A stretch of DNA of 64,000 nucleotides from Vitrella brassicaformis CCMP3155 (taxonomy: Eukaryota > Protista > Chromerida), in NCBI GenBank assembly GCA_001179505.1, contig CDMY01000542.1, forward strand, positions 286,187 through 350,186, written 5' to 3'. How positions within the stretch are numbered: the first letter of the stretch is position 1; each line of letters begins with the position of its first letter. Shown in pieces: positions 59,465 to 64,000 of the stretch. The notes beneath the pieces are model-generated. The model saw only the letters and a list, made by a program, of their open reading frames with translations, did not search any database and was not told the origin of the DNA. The position numbers and the translations under genes are program-made.

Positions 59465-60585
59465 CATGTGTGTAGCTCTCTCTCTCTCTGTCTGCGTGTG
59501 ACTCACCCAGCAGCGAGAAAAGGCCTGGATATGCTGGGCGTTGACGCCTCGCTCAAGGCGGGACTCGCCGTGACGTCACTGCACACACAGATGGACCACA
59601 CGCACCGATCGGAGTGTCTGTGTAGGGGTGTGTCTTCGGTCTCCCCCTCCCTCCCNNNNNNNNNNNNNNNNNNNNNNNNNNNNNNNNNNNNNNNNNNNNN
59701 NNNNNNNNNNNNNNNNNNNNNNNNNNNNNNNNNNNNNNNNNNNNNNNNNNNNNNNNNNNNNNNNNNNNNNNNNNNNNNNNNNNNNNNNNNNNNNNNNNNN
59801 NNNNNNNNNNNNNNNNNNNNNNNNNNNNNNNNNNNNNNNNNNNNNNNNNNNNNNNNNNNNNNNNNNNNNNNNNNNNNNNNNNNNNNNNNNNNNNNNNNNN
59901 NNNNNNNNNNNNNNNNNNNNNNNNNNNNNNNNNNNNNNNNNNNNNNNNNNNNNNNCCCTCCCTCCCTCCCTCCCTCCCTCCCCCTCACCCCCATAAGCCC
60001 TCAGCAGGCGGGCTGCCGAGCATCTTATCCTCTGGCGGCGGGGGGTGGGCCTCCTCAAATTCACTCTCCCTCGTCAATATTGGGTCCAGATTAGGCAGAT
60101 ACCCTGACAATGGCCATCCACCCATCACATCCACAACCCCATTGCAGTCATGGCATCATCGCCCTCACCTTGCAGGTGGAGTTTGCCGCCGTGTCCAAGG
60201 TGGTAGAGGTACCTCTCCCGCAAGAAGTCCACAGTGGTCGCTCGATGCCAACGGTGGTGGGCACGCACTGGATCGATCATGGGAGGGGTGTCGGGCAGGG
60301 TGGGCAACGACGACGTCGCATACAGACGCTCGTTGCCCACTAAACAAACCAACACAAACACACACACACACAAGAACACAGATGATGCGATGCAGCCAGC
60401 AACCATGTGTGTCTGTTGTGTGTACCTAATCGAGGGTTTCTGCCCGACGGGCTCTGTGAATGTGCTGTGTGTGCCGCTGCGGGGTGGTGTTGGTATGGCG
60501 TGGGTGCCTCGGCGTCGGAGCCCTGTGCGATAGGCACATTGGTGCGGGCGCGGTCAAGCGACGCAGAGGTGTGGTTCGAAGACAT
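57328..60585 (-). CDS. Amino-acid transporter, AAAP/SLC38 (Aa_trans) family
   Basis: SSVFNLTSATLGAGALSIPFA, CFGTAVGYLISVGD, LLPLSVTEKLNELR, IFAYSCQSNVPAIYCEL, TYALMGVCGFLSWG, TFAYPMNIFPCR, IVFEIIGSTSGAFVSFILPG. Stop TAG at 57328-57330. The N-terminal exons and the start at 60585 are tentative. Confidence 0.9.
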
Positions 60586-61026
60586 GACGACACCAAAGGC
60601 AACTCTCGGGCTGTGCAGACACCCCTTGCTCTTGAGTGTCAGCCAAAGTCCACCTCGCTGAACCTCTTAAAGATCCATCAACGGGCTTTTCGCGTACGAA
60701 CCGATGAAGCGTCGGCCGATAGACGAGTCGCAGGAGGCTGATGGTGTGTCTTCTACGGGGACGAGCAGTTCTCTCCGAACTGCGAGCTGATCTCGCAGAT
60801 TTGCGAGCTCACAGCGATCGGCGACGTAAGGGACGATGAAGGTAAGGGGGCAGCGAGAGGAGCAAAGGAAGACTGTCGTGTGGATCTTTGAGAGCCCCCT
60901 GTGTTTGTGCACGTATCTACACTCATGCTTCACTCTGAGTTGCTGGTGGCCCTTCTTCCTCCTTGATCTGTCCATCTGAGCATCGAACGAGGTGAGCAGC
61001 ACACAGATCTGTGAGCAGCACGCTCG

Positions 61027-62388
61027 ATGAACATAATCCTCTGTGGGCTCTGTCGCTCTGTGCAGCCTCTCGTCGAGCGCCTCACTCATCTGACCGTCTT
61101 GGCCCATCCATCCCATGCAGCACCACGAGCAGCAGCAGCACCCCGTGTCATATGTGTGTGTGGGCCGGGCCGGAGGAACCGCTACCTCCTCAGCGTCAAG
61201 GACGTCGTGCGGCTGAGGGCCACCTGCACATGGCTCAGAGAGCTCTTCGGAGCGGCCCAGCTGAGAGATCGGCTCAGCTACTCGCTGGGCTCACAGGCGG
61301 GGCTGCGGCGGGCGGTGAATGGGCAGCAAGTGCAGCTGCTGCGGTTCGACGACGACCAGTTCGGCACACATGATCTGCTGGCGGCTGTGTGTGTGGTGGA
61401 GGAGGGGGACTGGGGCGAGATGGCTGAAGTGATTGAGCTGGCGGAGCAGTGCGGCAACTGTGAGCTGCCTGTGACCCTCAGTGGGGCTGACATCAACACA
61501 CACGCAAACAGAACGGTGAGCCAGCAAACACACGGGAAGGGAGGGGCGGGGAGGGCCTCATTTTCTCTGTCTGTGGTGTGTGGTCCTGTGTGTGTAGGCG
61601 TATATGTCGGCTCCCCGTGTATTGGCGCAGCTCAAGATGGTCGGCCGCCACGTCCAGTTCAGTGACGGCAGCTGCCTGCAGCTGTTCCACTATGGCAATC
61701 AGTGGCGGGTCATCCTCGACGAGCCCGGCTTCCGCCTGCAGGTCGACGCGCCTCTCCCTACTGGTCACCTGTACCGACGGCACAGACAGCGACACGACCC
61801 ACCAGTGCGGAACAGCATCAGCATCGTCTACTGGACCACTCCAGATGGGTATCGGGCCCGATGGGTGTCCAGCGGTGGCGGCCAGGAGCGCATTGATGCG
61901 TCAGTATCGTCGTTTGCCAAGTATCTAATCCTCTACCAGTTCAGCGGGACTCAGCAGATCAACATCGAATTGGCTCTACTCAGCGGGATGCGCACAGTAC
62001 AAGTCGTTTATTGGTATCTGTCTCTTCAGGGATGTCATTGGCGGTCGTCTGGATGGCCTGCTGACCGAGTCGCCCCACGCACCAGTGGCCGGCTGTACGA
62101 GCACAGTGAGCTGGGACGGTGGTGTGCGACGACTGGTGTTCACTGACGGCAGCCACCCATTCGTCGCATCGATTGATATCGTAGATCTAAGAAACACCGG
62201 TCAGAATGACGTTCAGAATGAAAGACAACCAGCTGTGGTGGTCAAATGTGATTGACTTTCCTTATGCGTGCAGTGAGTCTTCTCCTCAGAACGACTGGCT
62301 TGCTCGCGTGGCATTGGGGGCGGTGGCGGTACTCGTATTCGACGGACGAATAGTATTCGACGCACATGTACAGCAGCAGCAACAGCAA

Positions 62389-62421
<33 letters not shown>

Positions 62422-62424
62422 TAG
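61027..62424 (+). pseudogene. Subtelomeric member of a lineage-expanded hypothetical gene family, frameshifted at the 3' end
   Basis: RYLLSVKDVVRLRATCTWLRELFGAAQLRDRL...QLLRFDDDQFG...LAAVCVVEEGDW; YMSAPRVLAQLKMVGRHV. The coding-like continuation switches frame around 61980-62050 (LDGLLTESPHAPVAGCTSTVSWDGGVRRLVFTDGSHPFVA) and again before LARVALGAVAVLVFDG-polyQ. It resembles, from memory, a large Vitrella multigene family. Confidence 0.6.
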
Positions 62425-62432
62425 CAGCAGCA
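62370..62432 (+). repeat. (CAG/CAA)n polyglutamine-type trinucleotide repeat
   Basis: cagcagcagcaacagcaacagcagcagcaacagcaacagcaacagcaacagtagcagcagcag. Confidence 0.9.
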
Positions 62433-63473
62433 GCAGGACGATGACAATGACAATGATAATAGTATATATACATGGGTACATTCAAATATTCATCGGATAT
62501 CATCGGATAGATAGAAGACGTCCCATGTAAGTGTGTATAATGTATGTGGCATAGATTCGGACGATGGTCTGGGTGTGTGCAGATGCCGACGATGGCAGCG
62601 GCGATGATGTGAGTGACAATATGAATGACGAGCTGCTGCTGCTGCGTGACCCAATGGCTCTCATGGCATATCTCATGAATGGCTGTCTCTGGCTGTGGCT
62701 GTGGCTGTGTGTGTGAGTGTGACTGCATCTGGTGCGGTCTGGTCCGCTGCTGGCCGATTTTGATGGGATGCTCCGGCCGATGTGTGAGTGTGTTAGGCTG
62801 CCTGGCTGAGTCACGTGCCAGCCATAACCCTCTTTCTCTCGATGACTGTGTGGTGGAGTGTGTCTGCAAGTGTGCGCCGCGGGTGACAGCCGTGGAGTGA
62901 CCGAGTCGACTTAATGAATTACTTGCACACACAAATGGTCCGGTTCTTTAGGCTCACCACATAGACAGACACAGAGAGATAGAGAGATGCCGCCAACATC
63001 AGACATACCACTAATGCTGGCAGCAAGTATCTAAGGTGTCCCACCACAGCTCCACTTGTGAATGACAAGAATCCGCTCTTTGTGTTGTGTGTGGGGTGGA
63101 AGAGAGAGAGAATGTTTTGTCTTCTATCTGTTATCGTGTCTTGAGGTTTGCCTGCCTGTGTGTCTCTCTCCTCTCTCTCTCTCTCTCTCTGTGCATCTCA
63201 ATCCTTGTCTGGCAACTCAAAATGGCACCTCAAGAGTATCAGCACACGAAACGTCTTAACGCGTTTTGCTTTCCGGGTGATAACAAAGATGCGGACAAGG
63301 GGGGGTGGATGAGTGAATGAATAGATACACACACCGGCTACCCCTCTTTCTGCCCTCTCTCTGTATACCCAGATATATGCGCATATGCATGAATGGATGG
63401 ATGGATGGATGGAAGTGTCGATTTGTGGATGTGTATCGTTCTGTGCCTCTCTCTGGGGGGGAAACTGTCATTA

Positions 63474-63556
63474 ACCGTAACACTCGTCTGTGTGTCCGTG
63501 ATACTCATACAAATACAGTCCCATCAGCACGCAGACTCAAACAGGCTCAAGGGGAG
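63474..63556 (-). repeat. Relic of the retroelement 3' end, homologous to 38040-38112
   Basis: accgtaacactcgtctg[tgtgtccgtg]atactcatacaaatacagtcccatcagcacgcagactcaaacaggctcaagggg versus accgtaacactcgtctgacactcatacaaatacagtcccatgagcccgcagagtcaaagaggcttaagggg at 38040. Confidence 0.8.
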
Positions 63557-63837
63557 GAGTTTAGTGCCTCTCTCTGTCGTGTGAGTGAATGACTGATGCA
63601 TTCGTAAATGAATCGACGGTGGATGTGTATGTGTGACACGTTCTGACACATGTCTGACACACATATTTGGGAAAGAGCGAGGGAGAAGGGTCTGTTTGTT
63701 TGCTTCGCTGTTGATGTGCATCGAATGTAAGTGTGCTGACTGTTACCGGATCATTGGCTGGTCGCTGGTCACCCAACACGGTGTTCATTTTCACTCACTC
63801 ACTATGTGCAGTGGCCATTAAGCGTATGACAGACACA

Positions 63838-64000
63838 GGGTTTAGGGTTTAGGGTTTTAGGGTCTGGGGTTTAGGGTTTAGCGGTTAGGTTTAGGGTTTA
63901 GGGTCTAGGGCTTTAGGGTTTAGGGTGTTTAGGGTTTAGGGTTTAGGGTTTAGGGTTTAGGGTTTAGGGTTTAGGGTTTAGGGTTTAGGGTTTAGGGTTT
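63838..64000 (+). repeat. Telomere, (TTTAGGG)n, with degenerate proximal repeats
   Basis: Perfect GGGTTTA heptamers run to the end of the window with the G-rich strand reading 5'->3' toward the end. Variant units lie at about 63850-63930. Confidence 0.98.

Noticed and set aside
60667-61116. 149-aa minus-strand ORF between the transporter and the subtelomeric gene
   Set aside because: No recognisable motif, and it overlaps the probable promoter and start of the + strand gene.

Overview
This is an intron-rich, GC-rich eukaryotic chromosome end that finishes in a (TTTAGGG)n telomere. Microsatellite-filled short introns, an AlaX-TrpRS fusion and a lineage-type hypothetical gene family suggest a chromerid alveolate, most likely Vitrella (inference, not verified). 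Genes were assembled by eye from exons. In order: a partial acidic protein; a glycogen debranching enzyme (AGL/GDB1 type) with an AMPK-beta-like CBM48 inserted mid-protein; a cytosolic TrpRS with a degenerate N-terminal AlaX domain; two small hypothetical proteins; an RBR E3 ligase head-to-head with SEM1/DSS1; a secreted hypothetical protein; an acylated MORN protein; a long PPR protein; a leader-bearing ubiquitin-fold-like protein; CAF-1 p150 head-to-head with MCM3; a small secreted protein; an AAAP/SLC38-type amino-acid transporter; and a frameshifted subtelomeric family gene. There are also relics of an RLE-type (CRE-like) non-LTR retrotransposon and eight assembly gaps of about 300 N. The most striking unexplained structure is the intron architecture: GT-(AC)n-(AG)n...(CT)n-(GT)n-AG, which is self-complementary and occurs alongside frequent GC-AG donors. 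Exon boundaries and start codons are manual and approximate.
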